A stretch of DNA of 63,940 nucleotides, filler included, from an uncultured archaeon (GCA_964442255.1; 3 parts of 3 records of this genome joined end to end with filler, not necessarily neighbours in it), one strand, 5' to 3'. Shown: positions 28,170-37,822, numbered from the whole stretch's first letter. The notes: generated by a model not told the origin, from the sequence alone. Made by a program: numbers and translations.

Positions 28170-28814
28170 TTATTTTCTGGTTGCACTCCTGCTCTCAAAA
28201 ACTCGTTTCAATATGTGTGCGGGAATTGGCGGAGGGCAACTTTTATAATGTGGAATTCTTTTAAGCCGCCCATAACCAAGCTTTCTGTGCGCAGCCGCAA
28301 CAAAATCCGCAAACTTTAGCTGTGGAACGTCCCTGTACAAACCAGACGACATCTCAACTTTCCTGTCGTGGGCCCCCAACAGGTTTCTGGTATATCCTCT
28401 GGCTTTTTTTGTGTCCAGTTGATTGTCTTCGCATAGAATTGCAGTGTATTTAATTGACGTGTTCTGTTTTGTTACTCTCTCAAGCAAACGATAATATATG
28501 GCGCCGTAAACCCTTTCCTGAAAAAATGATTTGCCGGGGCAAGACTCTCTGTATTTTTGCCATTCCTCGGCTTTAATTAAACTGGAAGTAAAATAAGCCC
28601 TGTTGGCGTCAAAAAAATCAATTATTTCAGCTAACTTTTTTTCTCCAAGATCCTTGCCTTTTGCCTTGCTTTTGAGCAGCTCGGGAAACTGTTCTTCAAA
28701 GTTTTTTTCAAAATTATGTGAAAAATCGGCGTTAACCGCAATTAAGCCAAAATACTGCCTGCTTTTTGGCCTGCCGCTTACATCAACATAAATGTCAAAA
28801 ACATAATTTTGCAT
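28170..28814 (-). CDS. DUF3800-like (RNase H-fold) protein
   Basis: IYVDVSG near N-terminus, ILCED, QLKFADFVA near C-terminus. Confidence 0.75.
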   Translation of the reverse strand: MQNYVFDIYVDVSGRPKSRQYFGLIAVNADFSHNFEKNFEEQFPELLKSKAKGKDLGEKKLAEIIDFFDANRAYFTSSLIKAEEWQKYRESCPGKSFFQERVYGAIYYRLLERVTKQNTSIKYTAILCEDNQLDTKKARGYTRNLLGAHDRKVEMSSGLYRDVPQLKFADFVAAAHRKLGYGRLKRIPHYKSCPPPIPAHILKRVFESRSATRK

Positions 28815-28965
28815 GAGCTAAATAGGCGCAAATAATAATATATTTCTCACCTTACTGCTATCGCCTAACTGCCTTCTTTTTTCCCCCTTTTCCCCCCGAA
28901 AGGCAGCCGGCTTGAACTGGTGTTCAGGGAATAGCTGCCTGCCCCTGGCTTTGCTTTTTTTTGCG

Positions 28966-29607
28966 TTAGGCTTTGGAAACATTTAAGTCTTTGGCGTGTT
29001 CGACGTAAAAGCCCATGTCTTTATGGGGGTCTATTTCTTTTTTGACTTCAAAAAAATGTTCGTCTTCGGAATAAAAAGACCCGCTTGAGTAATGCTTGTG
29101 CTTTATCGCGTAAATTTCGCTTAAAACCACTGAATCTTCTGCGTCTATTTCAGAGAGCTTTGAAATGAATTTGCTTGACTTCATGCCGCAGTCCATTAAT
29201 TGAATTAAGTTTTCGTCAATTAATGACCTTAATTCCACTGAGCGGCCTTCAAAAACTTTCAGGCTATACCTCCCCCTCCTAAGCAAGTAAGCGGCATCTG
29301 AAATAATTTGCTCTAATTGCTTGGGGTCAGTTGCTCCCACAAATGGTTTGACTTTTTTGAGGGCTTTGCGGTCTTTGTTGAATACATATGCTTTCAGGTC
29401 TCTTTTAACAAAATCGTCATTTAACAAATTAGACACTGAAACCAGGTAGTTTATCAGGTATTCTTTAGTTGACTTATTAATTACGGTATCGGAATGCAAC
29501 TCCCTTACCCTGGAGAAAAACTCGTTGATGTTTTCAATCCAAGGCTTTTCCTCCTGCTTAAAATAGGTCAAGTAAACATTGTTATCCATGGCGGTAAATT
29601 TTTTCAT
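28966..29607 (-). CDS. Divergent PIN-domain protein
   Basis: AMDNNVY...DAEDSVVL...FYSEDEHF acidic pattern. Confidence 0.65.
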   Translation of the reverse strand: MKKFTAMDNNVYLTYFKQEEKPWIENINEFFSRVRELHSDTVINKSTKEYLINYLVSVSNLLNDDFVKRDLKAYVFNKDRKALKKVKPFVGATDPKQLEQIISDAAYLLRRGRYSLKVFEGRSVELRSLIDENLIQLMDCGMKSSKFISKLSEIDAEDSVVLSEIYAIKHKHYSSGSFYSEDEHFFEVKKEIDPHKDMGFYVEHAKDLNVSKA

Positions 29608-29615
29608 GAGAAAAA

Positions 29616-30284
29616 TCAGCTCAAAAGCTTTTCCATCAATTCTTTGTGTTTTCTCGTTAAATCAGCGTCATATAATTGAACTCTGTTAAAAATGCCCTCT
29701 TGAAATATTTTCTTTTTCTTTTGCAAGCAAAAAATCAAAGAAAAAAAGGTCAAATAATCAATCACATAGTCATACACGGGTTTTTTGAATTCTTTTTCAA
29801 AACAAGCCATATTCGCAAGAGCCTCCAGCTTTTCTTCTGTATTAAATCTTGTAACGGTATTGAATATTTTTTTTATGACGGCGTTTCCGAATTCAAGATA
29901 TTCTTTAATTCTTGATAAATAGATTCTTGATAGCTGGTATTTCTTTAAATCTATCTTGTTAGATGTTCTTGCGGCGTGTATTTTTTTGTTAATCTTTGAA
30001 ATTTCTTTCTGCAAATATTGCTTTTTAAGCATTAATTGGAAGATAGACGCGAATTTATCCACAGGCCATTCGCTGTCAAAAGCAGTAACCCTGAACTCTC
30101 TGGCCAAACCGCTTAAAGTCAAAGGCAAACGGTTGAAGTTGCCTAGATTGTGCTCAATCTCTATTTTGAATTCGGAATCTCTTTCCTTAACTAAAATTAT
30201 CTGCTTTGTTACCTTGCTTACTTCGGGCGCCACATATGTTTTGCAGGGGGTAAGCGCCTGGCTTAATGTAATGGTTTCGGGCAT
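29616..30284 (-). CDS. Hypothetical protein, probable partner of the PIN gene
   Basis: 222-aa AT-rich ORF 8 nt upstream of PIN gene. Confidence 0.6.
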   Translation of the reverse strand: MPETITLSQALTPCKTYVAPEVSKVTKQIILVKERDSEFKIEIEHNLGNFNRLPLTLSGLAREFRVTAFDSEWPVDKFASIFQLMLKKQYLQKEISKINKKIHAARTSNKIDLKKYQLSRIYLSRIKEYLEFGNAVIKKIFNTVTRFNTEEKLEALANMACFEKEFKKPVYDYVIDYLTFFSLIFCLQKKKKIFQEGIFNRVQLYDADLTRKHKELMEKLLS

Positions 30285-30670
30285 TTTTTGACCTGAGAAG
30301 CTCGGGCTTCTTTATTCCATGGGGGCATTGTTGTATTTTAATTTTTCCTTTTTATAAAGCCTTTCGCCTATAAGTGCCTCCCTTGAAAAAGCTTATTAAA
30401 ACACCTCAAGCTCTACATAACCATTTTTCTGGTTTTAATCTTTCCCTCTTCCCCTTTTTTTCTTTTTGCGTTCCCGCTTTGCTTAAGCCTTCGGCAGGGC
30501 CCGGGTTTGGCTTAATTTTTTGGGGGGTGTTGTTTTTGGTGTTGTGTCTGCTTCCAATGGAAACTTCTTTCTATTGCTAATGGAAAAACTTAAACGCACT
30601 TGGGGCAGAAAAGCTTTAAAAGATTGCTACACTAATATTACTAATCTGGTAAGATTGAGGTAGCATTAAA

Positions 30671-31168
30671 ATGGCTGAAAAATCCGGCATCAAGGGACTG
30701 TCTGACAAAGAGATTAAAGTAGTGTCTTTTTTGGAGTTGGAAGAAAAACGTTTCTTTTCCAAGAAAGATATCCGGGGCTTTTTTAAGTCTGAAAGCGATT
30801 TGTACAAGTATCTTTCTTCTTTCAAGAGAAAAGGCAGGGTTGTTAGAATAAACAAGGACAAGTATTATCTTGTCCCCATTCAGGCGCAAAAGGGCTGGGC
30901 CGAGCACCCTTTTATTGTGGCTGATGAAATGTTTAATGGAAAAGATTACTGTGTTGGCGGAAAGGCTGCCGTGCATTATTGGGGTTTTATCGACCAGCTT
31001 CCTGCGGTTATTGATGTTTTTTCCACTGCAAGGCAGGGCACTAAAACTGTTCTTGGAACAAAGTTTAGGTTTAAGAGAGTCAGAAAGCTTGGCAATTCTG
31101 TAAAGCGATTGATTGCAGGGCACAGTTTTTTGATTGCCAGCAAAGAGGAGAGCAAAAAATGGATTTAA
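30671..31168 (+). CDS. AbiEi-like antitoxin (type IV TA)
   Basis: wHTH, KDKYYLVP, YCVGGKAAVHYWGFIDQLP. Confidence 0.85.
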   Translation: MAEKSGIKGLSDKEIKVVSFLELEEKRFFSKKDIRGFFKSESDLYKYLSSFKRKGRVVRINKDKYYLVPIQAQKGWAEHPFIVADEMFNGKDYCVGGKAAVHYWGFIDQLPAVIDVFSTARQGTKTVLGTKFRFKRVRKLGNSVKRLIAGHSFLIASKEESKKWI

Positions 31169-31950
31169 TCAGCAAGGCAAAGCTTCAAAACATTGCGGCT
31201 GAAAAAGGCTTTAACCTTATTTACCTGGAAAAAGACTATTTTCTGACTGCCCTGCTTTACTTGATGAAAGACCTTGAAGGCTTGTATTTCAAGGGCGGCA
31301 CAGCGTTAAACAAGATTATTTTCAATCATACAAGGCTAAGCGAGGACTTGGATTTTACCTGCACTGCAAAAATAAGTGAAGTGAAAAAGAGAATTGAGGA
31401 AATTGTTAGGGAAAATTCAAACTTGTTTTCAAGGATTGGAACCGATAAAGAAAACGAGAAATTTACCAGAATCCAAGTTTATTACAACAGTTATTTTGGC
31501 GAAAAAGAGCTTGTTAACGTTGACTTGAATGCTCACGCAAAAATTTATTTGAAACCCGAGCAAAAACAAGTAAAACACTTTTACAGGGAAATTCCAGATT
31601 TCAGCATTACCCTGTTAAATCAAAAAGAGTTGATTGCAGAAAAAATCTGTGCCCTTTTCCAGAGAAACCAGCCAAGGGATTATTTTGACGCACACCAACT
31701 AATTTCTTCAAAACAAAAAATTGATGAAAAACTCGTAAAACAAAAGCTCAAAAAAATCGGCGCAAAATATGACATTAATAATATTTTCAAAAGCGGCAAC
31801 AAAATTTACTCGAAATGGGAAAACGAAATAACCAGCTTCACAAACAAGCCGATAACCTACAAAACTGCCATAACCACGATAGCAAAACACTTCAAATACA
31901 AGGAAAAGAAAAAAGCAAATAGGAAAAACAGAGGCGCTGAAAAAAATTAA
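31159..31950 (+). CDS. AbiEii-like nucleotidyltransferase toxin
   Basis: LEKDY, FKGGTAL, RLSEDLDF, AEKICAL, PRDYFD. Confidence 0.92.
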   Translation: MDLISKAKLQNIAAEKGFNLIYLEKDYFLTALLYLMKDLEGLYFKGGTALNKIIFNHTRLSEDLDFTCTAKISEVKKRIEEIVRENSNLFSRIGTDKENEKFTRIQVYYNSYFGEKELVNVDLNAHAKIYLKPEQKQVKHFYREIPDFSITLLNQKELIAEKICALFQRNQPRDYFDAHQLISSKQKIDEKLVKQKLKKIGAKYDINNIFKSGNKIYSKWENEITSFTNKPITYKTAITTIAKHFKYKEKKKANRKNRGAEKN

Positions 31951-32130
31951 TAAAGCAATTGTGGGGCCAGATTTCCCGTGAAAAAAACCTGTTTTTCCCC
32001 GGCCTTCAATTTTTTTTCTTGCATCCCCGCCTTGCTTAAGCCTTCGGCAGGGCCGGGTTTTGAAGGGAGTGGAAATGGTTAAATTGGCGGGTGACCACGT
32101 TTTGTGGTTTTGTGGTCACCTGAGTTGTTT

Positions 32131-32259
32131 TTACAGTTCCGCCAATTCGTCGTAGAATTCCTTGTTTTCTTTGAGGTGCCGTTCCACAATGTGTTTTACG
32201 TCCTTCCATTCTGCCATGGTGATGGGTTCTCTTTTGCCCCTGATTTTCATGGTTTTCAT
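32131..32259 (-). CDS. 42-aa probable antitoxin of the Doc toxin
   Basis: Own translation MKTMKIRGKREPITMAEWKDVKHIVERHLKENKEFYDELAEL; ATGA overlap with doc stop. Confidence 0.65.
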   Translation of the reverse strand: MKTMKIRGKREPITMAEWKDVKHIVERHLKENKEFYDELAEL

Positions 32260-32624
32260 TTTTTGTTCCCCCTTGTGTGGTTTGCAATCCATGTAACGAT
32301 TTCATTTAAATCTGTTTTTGGCTTAACCGACCAAACAACCACATTGAATCTTGAGTTTTGTCCTGCTTCCATTTTTTTTCCGTTTAATTCCAGGAAAGCC
32401 AGCATGGATTCATGTGCTGTGCGCTTGTTTCCATCCGCAAAAGGATGCCTCCTTGAAATCTCCATTAACAGGGTTGCGGCTTTCCTGTCAATTCCACGGG
32501 TGTTTGCAACCTTGAAGACAATGTAATCGAGTTCAGCTTCATTTCTTATTGTGCCCCTCTCAAACTGCTGGTTAATATTGATTATTGCTTCCTTTGAAAG
32601 CGTTTTTGCATACAAACCAGCCAT
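32256..32624 (-). CDS. Doc/Fic-family toxin
   Basis: HPFADGNKRTA Doc-type motif. Confidence 0.9.
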   Translation of the reverse strand: MAGLYAKTLSKEAIININQQFERGTIRNEAELDYIVFKVANTRGIDRKAATLLMEISRRHPFADGNKRTAHESMLAFLELNGKKMEAGQNSRFNVVVWSVKPKTDLNEIVTWIANHTRGNKK

Positions 32625-32776
32625 GCATTAATTCTGTAAATTACAGAATTTAAACATATCGTTTTTTCCTGCGTTTTTCCCTCCCGCGTCCTTGCCTTGT
32701 TTAGGGCTTTCAGCAGGGCCTGGATTTGAATTAAGTTGGGGGCGGGGTTTAAATAGGTTGGAGGGCGTTAGTTTGT

Positions 32777-33424
32777 TTGGGGAGCGAGTTATTGGGAAGA
32801 AAGGCTGAACCTGTTGTGGACGAACTTGTTGTGGTGGTGTACCCTTTTTCTTCAGGGCTTGTTGAAGGGGTTGTGGCAAAGCAGAAGGCAGGGATTTACG
32901 GGCTGGTTGTAAGGGAAGCCGAAAAAAAACCGAATCAGGCGGTAATCTTCATCGAGTCCGGGGTAACCAGGGCAAAACAGGGAGAAAAACAAGGAAAGGC
33001 CGGACAATTTGAAAGGCTGTGCGGGTTTGCTGAAAAAGCCCTTGGAAACCGTTTCCTGAAAGCCAGGGAAGGCGATTTAACCAGGGAAATATTTGAGGGC
33101 ATTGATTTCAGTAAAATAAGGCTTGCAAAAACAGTGAAATTAATTGGCTTAGGCGAACACCATCATTGGTGCGTAAAACAAAACCTGCAAAAAATGAAGG
33201 CTTTGCTGGAAAGGCGCTTTAATGTGGGGGTTTCAAGGGTTTTTGAGCCAACAAAATACGGCATAAAGCCTGCCGGAAAAAGGGCACGGGAAAATCAAAT
33301 GCTTTTAGATGAAGACGCCACACTCCAGAGGTGGAAACAGCGGAGAAGAAGGCTGAAAAGGGGACGGGCAGCCAAAAAGCCTGTTTTTCGGAGAACCAAA
33401 AGAAAAACAACGAGAAGAAAATAA
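32777..33424 (+). CDS. Hypothetical protein with strongly basic C-terminal tail
   Basis: 215-aa ORF ending RRRRLKRGRAAKKPVFRRTKRKTTRRK. Confidence 0.6.
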   Translation: MGSELLGRKAEPVVDELVVVVYPFSSGLVEGVVAKQKAGIYGLVVREAEKKPNQAVIFIESGVTRAKQGEKQGKAGQFERLCGFAEKALGNRFLKAREGDLTREIFEGIDFSKIRLAKTVKLIGLGEHHHWCVKQNLQKMKALLERRFNVGVSRVFEPTKYGIKPAGKRARENQMLLDEDATLQRWKQRRRRLKRGRAAKKPVFRRTKRKTTRRK

Positions 33425-33559
33425 ACCTTTTTTCGCCCTCCGCTTTTCAATTGCGGCAATCCAACTCCTCTTTCGCCTCCGTCCCCTTGATTGTTGGTTG
33501 CGTTGAGGCTGACGCCTGCAAGGAAATGATTAAATATTGGTTTGGCTCTTTTTTTGGGC

Positions 33560-33709
33560 ATGGATTGGAAGTATTGGGCGAAAATACTGCTTGTTTTGTT
33601 TGTGTTGATTGCAGCGCTGGCAATTTATGCAGTTTTTTTTGGTTGGACAATTGACCCCCCTCCGGGGCCGTCAATGATGCCCACACATAACATAATAAAT
33701 GAATTTTAA
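33560..33709 (+). CDS. 49-aa single-TM peptide
   Basis: Own translation MDWKYWAKILLVLFVLIAALAIYAVFFGWTIDPPPGPS...; ATTAAATA ~24 nt upstream; sits between two motif-B repeats. Confidence 0.55.
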   Translation: MDWKYWAKILLVLFVLIAALAIYAVFFGWTIDPPPGPSMMPTHNIINEF

Positions 33710-33929
33710 TCCCGCTTCCCCCTTGCTTCTGCCTTTCCCTTTTTCCGCCCAACGCCTGTCTATTGCGGCGTTCCAACTCCTTTTTCTTCGCCTTTTTTTC
33801 CGTCCTCCGCCCCTTTGATTGCCTCCCGCGGCAGGAATTGTGTTTGGCGAGTAGGGGAACGGCGGAAAAGCTTTTTGAAGGTCAAGCCAGTAAACGCTTT
33901 TGATCTTAAAAAATAGGAAAAAAACGCGG

Positions 33930-34139
33930 TTAAAGCAAATCTTCGGTTTTTAACCCTGTTGCTTTCAGTATTTCTTTTAGTGTCCCTTTTGAAACCACTT
34001 TGTGGTTTGGGACAGTAACGGGTTGCTTGAAGGGATGCCTTAAATGAATGTGGCTGCCTTTTTGGTCTCGCACGTAATAGCCTTTTTTTAACAGGGTTTT
34101 GATTACTTTTTTTCCGGAGACCACTGGAAGCTTTGCCAT
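33930..34139 (-). CDS. hicA: HicA-family toxin
   Basis: KLPVVSG...QKGSHIHL...VTVPNH...GTLKEIL. Confidence 0.92.
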   Translation of the reverse strand: MAKLPVVSGKKVIKTLLKKGYYVRDQKGSHIHLRHPFKQPVTVPNHKVVSKGTLKEILKATGLKTEDLL

Positions 34140-34140
34140 G

Positions 34141-34353
34141 TTACAACCTTACAGCAACTTCCCTGACTTTTTGGTTGCCGGAAAGAGGGATTCCGTCTTC
34201 AGTCAACGAAGAAACATGTAATTCAATGGCTTCTTTGACGTTTTCTAAAGCGTTTCTTTCGGTTTTGCCTTGGGAAATGCATCCAGGCAGTGACGGAACA
34301 GTTGCAGTAAAATAACCATCCTCGTCCTTTTCTAATACAACCTTAAATTTCAT
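34141..34353 (-). CDS. hicB: HicB-family antitoxin
   Basis: DEDGYFTATVPSLPGCISQGKT. Confidence 0.92.
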   Translation of the reverse strand: MKFKVVLEKDEDGYFTATVPSLPGCISQGKTERNALENVKEAIELHVSSLTEDGIPLSGNQKVREVAVRL

Positions 34354-34592
34354 TGCTACCGCCGTTTAATTTAATATTTCCCTAAAACATATTTAAATTC
34401 TTTCTGTTTGACTGCATTGAAAATCCCCTTGCCCCCGCCTTTCCAAACGCGGCGCTCCAACTCCCCCCTTTTCCCTTGGCTGTCAATTGCTTTTAGCCTA
34501 ACGGTGGGGAGTGGTTTTTTTCACTATTGTTTCACTATAAATGGGAAGGTTTATTAAGGTGTTTGGCGCTTATTGTTTGTAGTGGTTTTGTA

Positions 34593-34877
34593 GTGAAAAT
34601 AATTTGGAGTGCGCATGCGTTGGAGAGGTTTGTGGAGAGAGCGTTGCTTTACGGTTTTACGCGTACGGAGTTAGAGTATTTGGTTTTGCATCAGGAGGTC
34701 AGGGTGAAGAAAGGCTTTGATAAGCGTTTTAAAACCAAGAAATTTGAAACTATTGGGTTGGTTGCAGGAAAGTTTTTGACTGTCCAGAAAGCCGAGGATG
34801 AAAAGAAGGTTGTGGTTATTACTTTATGGGAATCAGGCAAGAAGGAGGTTGATTTATGGTTTTCAAAGCAAAAGTGA
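34593..34877 (+). CDS. DUF4258/RelE-like toxin
   Basis: KIIWSAHALERF...VVVITLW; GTG start inferred. Confidence 0.7.
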   Translation: MKIIWSAHALERFVERALLYGFTRTELEYLVLHQEVRVKKGFDKRFKTKKFETIGLVAGKFLTVQKAEDEKKVVVITLWESGKKEVDLWFSKQK

Positions 34878-35194
34878 AGTGCCCGTTTTGCGGAGGGGAA
34901 GCAAGGTTGTCGAAGGAGACGTTAAAGTTTTTTGGCGGAGTCATTTCTTTGAAGGACAACCCAATTTACGAGTGCAGTAAATGTGGGGAACAGTTTGCTA
35001 CTGGAGAGCTAGTGGATTATTCTCTAAAGGAAGCAAGGAAACAATTCAAATTGAAGAGAAAAATCATTTCCACCGGCGGCAGCCTGGCAATTACTTTGCC
35101 TTCGGATTTAAGTGAATTCTACAGGCTCAAAAAAGGGCAGTCAATTCAAATAATTCCGGAATCAGAAAAAGAAATGAAAATAATGGTGCAATAG
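34856..35194 (+). CDS. YgiT/MqsA-type zinc ribbon fused to AbrB domain (antitoxin)
   Basis: CPFCGG...YECSKCGE; RKIISTGGSLAITLP. Confidence 0.85.
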   Translation: MVFKAKVKCPFCGGEARLSKETLKFFGGVISLKDNPIYECSKCGEQFATGELVDYSLKEARKQFKLKRKIISTGGSLAITLPSDLSEFYRLKKGQSIQIIPESEKEMKIMVQ

Positions 35195-35339
35195 GCGACT
35201 TCCCTTGCCCTTTGCTTTCCTTTTTGCTTCCCTTTTCTACTTTTCCCTTTTGCCCTTTGCTTTGAACAATCGCGGCCCTCTAACTCCCCGCCTTCCGCCC
35301 CTGGTTGATGGATTGCAAAAGGCTTTCGCCGCGGGGTTT

Positions 35340-35681
35340 TTAGTTTTTGTAGCCAAATTTTCTGCTGTATTTTTTGTGGTCCGGGTATTCGAGGTAGATT
35401 AGGAATAGGTTGACTTGGTTGCCTGTTATTGTGTAGGTTAGGCGCCAGTTTTGGTCCAAATTGAATTTCCATAAATTGTTTAAACCGTATTTTTGAATGT
35501 AGTCTTTTGGCCAGAGTTTTTTTGGAATTTTTTTGCCGGCTTCCGTGTTTTCCGCGAGTTTGGCTGTTGCCTTGCTGATTAAGTCAATTAAGTGTTGTGC
35601 TTCAGTGTTTCCTTTGCCTGCCCTTTCCCTGAGTTTAACGAAGTCTTTGCTGAATTCAGGGGAGTAACGGATTTCATGCAT
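35340..35681 (-). CDS. RelE-like toxin
   Basis: EIRYSPEF...NLWKFNLDQNWRLTYTI...HKKYSRKFGY. Confidence 0.75.
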   Translation of the reverse strand: MHEIRYSPEFSKDFVKLRERAGKGNTEAQHLIDLISKATAKLAENTEAGKKIPKKLWPKDYIQKYGLNNLWKFNLDQNWRLTYTITGNQVNLFLIYLEYPDHKKYSRKFGYKN

Positions 35682-35949
35682 TTGCGGAAACACTTTCTTT
35701 TAACAGTTTTTCGAGTTTTTTGTTGTCCGCGAAAACCCAGACGAGTTTGTCGTCTTTTGTTAGCATTACTTTTCTTGATTCAATCAGGTAGTCTATCACT
35801 ATTTTGTAGGTTTGGTACATTACTTTTTTTGGGAGCTTGTTCCAGAGCTCTGTTCTTGTGGGATAGTCTTTCGCGTTTTTTATGGCGTCCTCCACCATTA
35901 ACACAGTGTCTAAGCGGGGGTAATGCAGGACAGTTGTCCTCGACTCCAT
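35674..35949 (-). CDS. wHTH-like antitoxin
   Basis: HYPRLDTVLMVE...LPKKVMYQTY; overlaps toxin start. Confidence 0.7.
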   Translation of the reverse strand: MESRTTVLHYPRLDTVLMVEDAIKNAKDYPTRTELWNKLPKKVMYQTYKIVIDYLIESRKVMLTKDDKLVWVFADNKKLEKLLKESVSANA

Positions 35950-36089
35950 AACTATCATATAAGTTTATATGATTAGAGTATTTAAACATATCGCCCCCCC
36001 TTTGCCTTCTGCCTTTCCCGTTTTTCGCCCTCCGCCTGTACAATTGCGGCGTTTCAACTCTCTCCCCTGAATTGTTGTTTTGCGTTGGG

Positions 36090-36545
36090 TTAGTGTTTTC
36101 TTTTTCGTTTGGCTTCCGTTAGTGCTCGTTCAGTGTCCCCGTCAAGCGAGTCTATTACCTTGAATAGTCTGTGATCGCGTTCCGCCTTTGTTATTTTAAA
36201 ATATGTTGGAGGGGCTTTTCCTTCTTTTACTCTGACTACTAGGAAGTCGTCTATACATGACCCAACATACCTTTCCACGTCAACGGCTTCGGGTTCTACT
36301 TTCAGCGCGGAAGCAATTGTTTTTTGGGCATCTTTCCAACGTTCGCCGAACTGTTTCTGGTTTAAGGCACTCAGTTCTTGAACTCTTTCCATAATTCCGT
36401 AGTGGCGTTCTCTTTTGCCGTTTTCTTTTGGGTCGCTTTTTGCCAGTTCAAGTGTGGTGAGCTTTCTCCAGCGGGCTTTCTTGTCTGCTCCCCTGCCTCT
36501 CCTAAAATTGCTGACAATCTTTACTGGATGAACTAACGGCGCCAT
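36090..36545 (-). CDS. Hypothetical protein with basic termini
   Basis: 151-aa ORF, TTAAATA ~25 nt upstream on minus strand. Confidence 0.6.
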   Translation of the reverse strand: MAPLVHPVKIVSNFRRGRGADKKARWRKLTTLELAKSDPKENGKRERHYGIMERVQELSALNQKQFGERWKDAQKTIASALKVEPEAVDVERYVGSCIDDFLVVRVKEGKAPPTYFKITKAERDHRLFKVIDSLDGDTERALTEAKRKRKH

Positions 36546-36725
36546 AGTAAACTTAACACGCCCCTGCTATTTAATTCTTGCTTTTCCTTTTTGCTCCCGG
36601 ATTCTGCCTTTCCCCTTTGGCTGTTTGCTTGCGTTTGGGCTGCGCCTGTGAGGAGGGCGGGGGGTTATCACCTTTTTTAGGGATAAATGGCTTTTTTAAG
36701 GTTTTTGGTGTTAACTATTTTTTGT

Positions 36726-37706
36726 ATGTTTGTCTCGAAACGGAAAGTGAAGGGAAAGGAGTACTTTTATTTAGAGGACAGAATAAACGGGAAGAGGGTG
36801 AGCGTTTTTCTTGGAGGAAAAGAACAGGTTGGGGGCAAGATTGGGGAAGGCTTTAGCGAGCTGCTGGGAAAAAAGGCGTTGGGGAACGCAAAGGAAACAA
36901 TGAAGGAAAGAAAGCCTCGTGTACTGGGTTTTGGTGACGTGCTTTTCTTGGAGAGACTGAAACTGGATTTTTGGGCTTTAAAAAAGTTTTTTCCTGAGGA
37001 ATTCAGGTCCTTCAGGGAAGACGAGTTTTTAAGGTACGCGCAGGGAAGCGCTTCCGTTGAAGGAAATTCTTTGACTTTAAGGGAAGCCGGAATGGTTTTA
37101 GGGAAAGGCGCTGCAATTGCCGGAAAAAAATTGGATGAAATAAGGGAAATAGAGAACATGAAAAAGGCTGCGGAAGCCTCAAAAAAAGTGTGTGAACTGA
37201 ATGAAAAAAATGTGAAAAAAATTCATGCAGCCGTAATGAACGGCTTTGAGGAGAAAAATCCGGGGGAGTACAGGAAAGGGCCTGTGTTCATTCAGGCATC
37301 CAAAGTAAAGCCGATGAAGGCAACGGAAGTGGAAAAGGAAATGAAGAAACTCTTTGAATGGATTGAAAAACAGGGAAAAAATCTGCATGCGGTTGAGTTG
37401 GCTTCAGAATTTCACGCAAGGTTTGAAAAAATCCATCCTTTTATGGACGGAAACGGGCGAACAGGAAGGGAATTGCTGAATGTTATGCTGCAAAAAGAAG
37501 GGTTTCCCCGGGCAATAATCAACCTGGAAAACAGGGACAGCTACATTTTATTGCTTGAAAGGGTGCAGTTATCCGGGCAATACCATAAATTCTCGCGCTT
37601 CATTGCAGACTGCCTGAAAAAAAGGGCAAAAGAAATCCGGGAAATACTGGAAGAAAACAGGGAAATAATCACGCAAAAACTGCTGAAAAAAGCGAAAACC
37701 GGCTAA
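36726..37706 (+). CDS. Fic-family protein with N-terminal inhibitory motif
   Basis: HPFMDGNGRTGR; SASVEGN. Confidence 0.92.
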   Translation: MFVSKRKVKGKEYFYLEDRINGKRVSVFLGGKEQVGGKIGEGFSELLGKKALGNAKETMKERKPRVLGFGDVLFLERLKLDFWALKKFFPEEFRSFREDEFLRYAQGSASVEGNSLTLREAGMVLGKGAAIAGKKLDEIREIENMKKAAEASKKVCELNEKNVKKIHAAVMNGFEEKNPGEYRKGPVFIQASKVKPMKATEVEKEMKKLFEWIEKQGKNLHAVELASEFHARFEKIHPFMDGNGRTGRELLNVMLQKEGFPRAIINLENRDSYILLLERVQLSGQYHKFSRFIADCLKKRAKEIREILEENREIITQKLLKKAKTG

Positions 37707-37822
37707 CTTTTTCCTTTCGCCTTCCGCTTGTCTTCTTGCGGCGTTCCAACTCCTTTTTCTTCGCCTCCGCCCCCTTGATTGATTGTTTGCGAAGGGCTTC
37801 GCCGGGGAGAAAAGGTTAGTCT

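Noticed and set aside
33295..33776. Minus-strand ORFs 33295-33561 and 33447-33776, and similar ones at 35146-35472 and 35780-36043
   Set aside because: They are translations of the purine-rich strand of intergenic repeats or shadows of real genes
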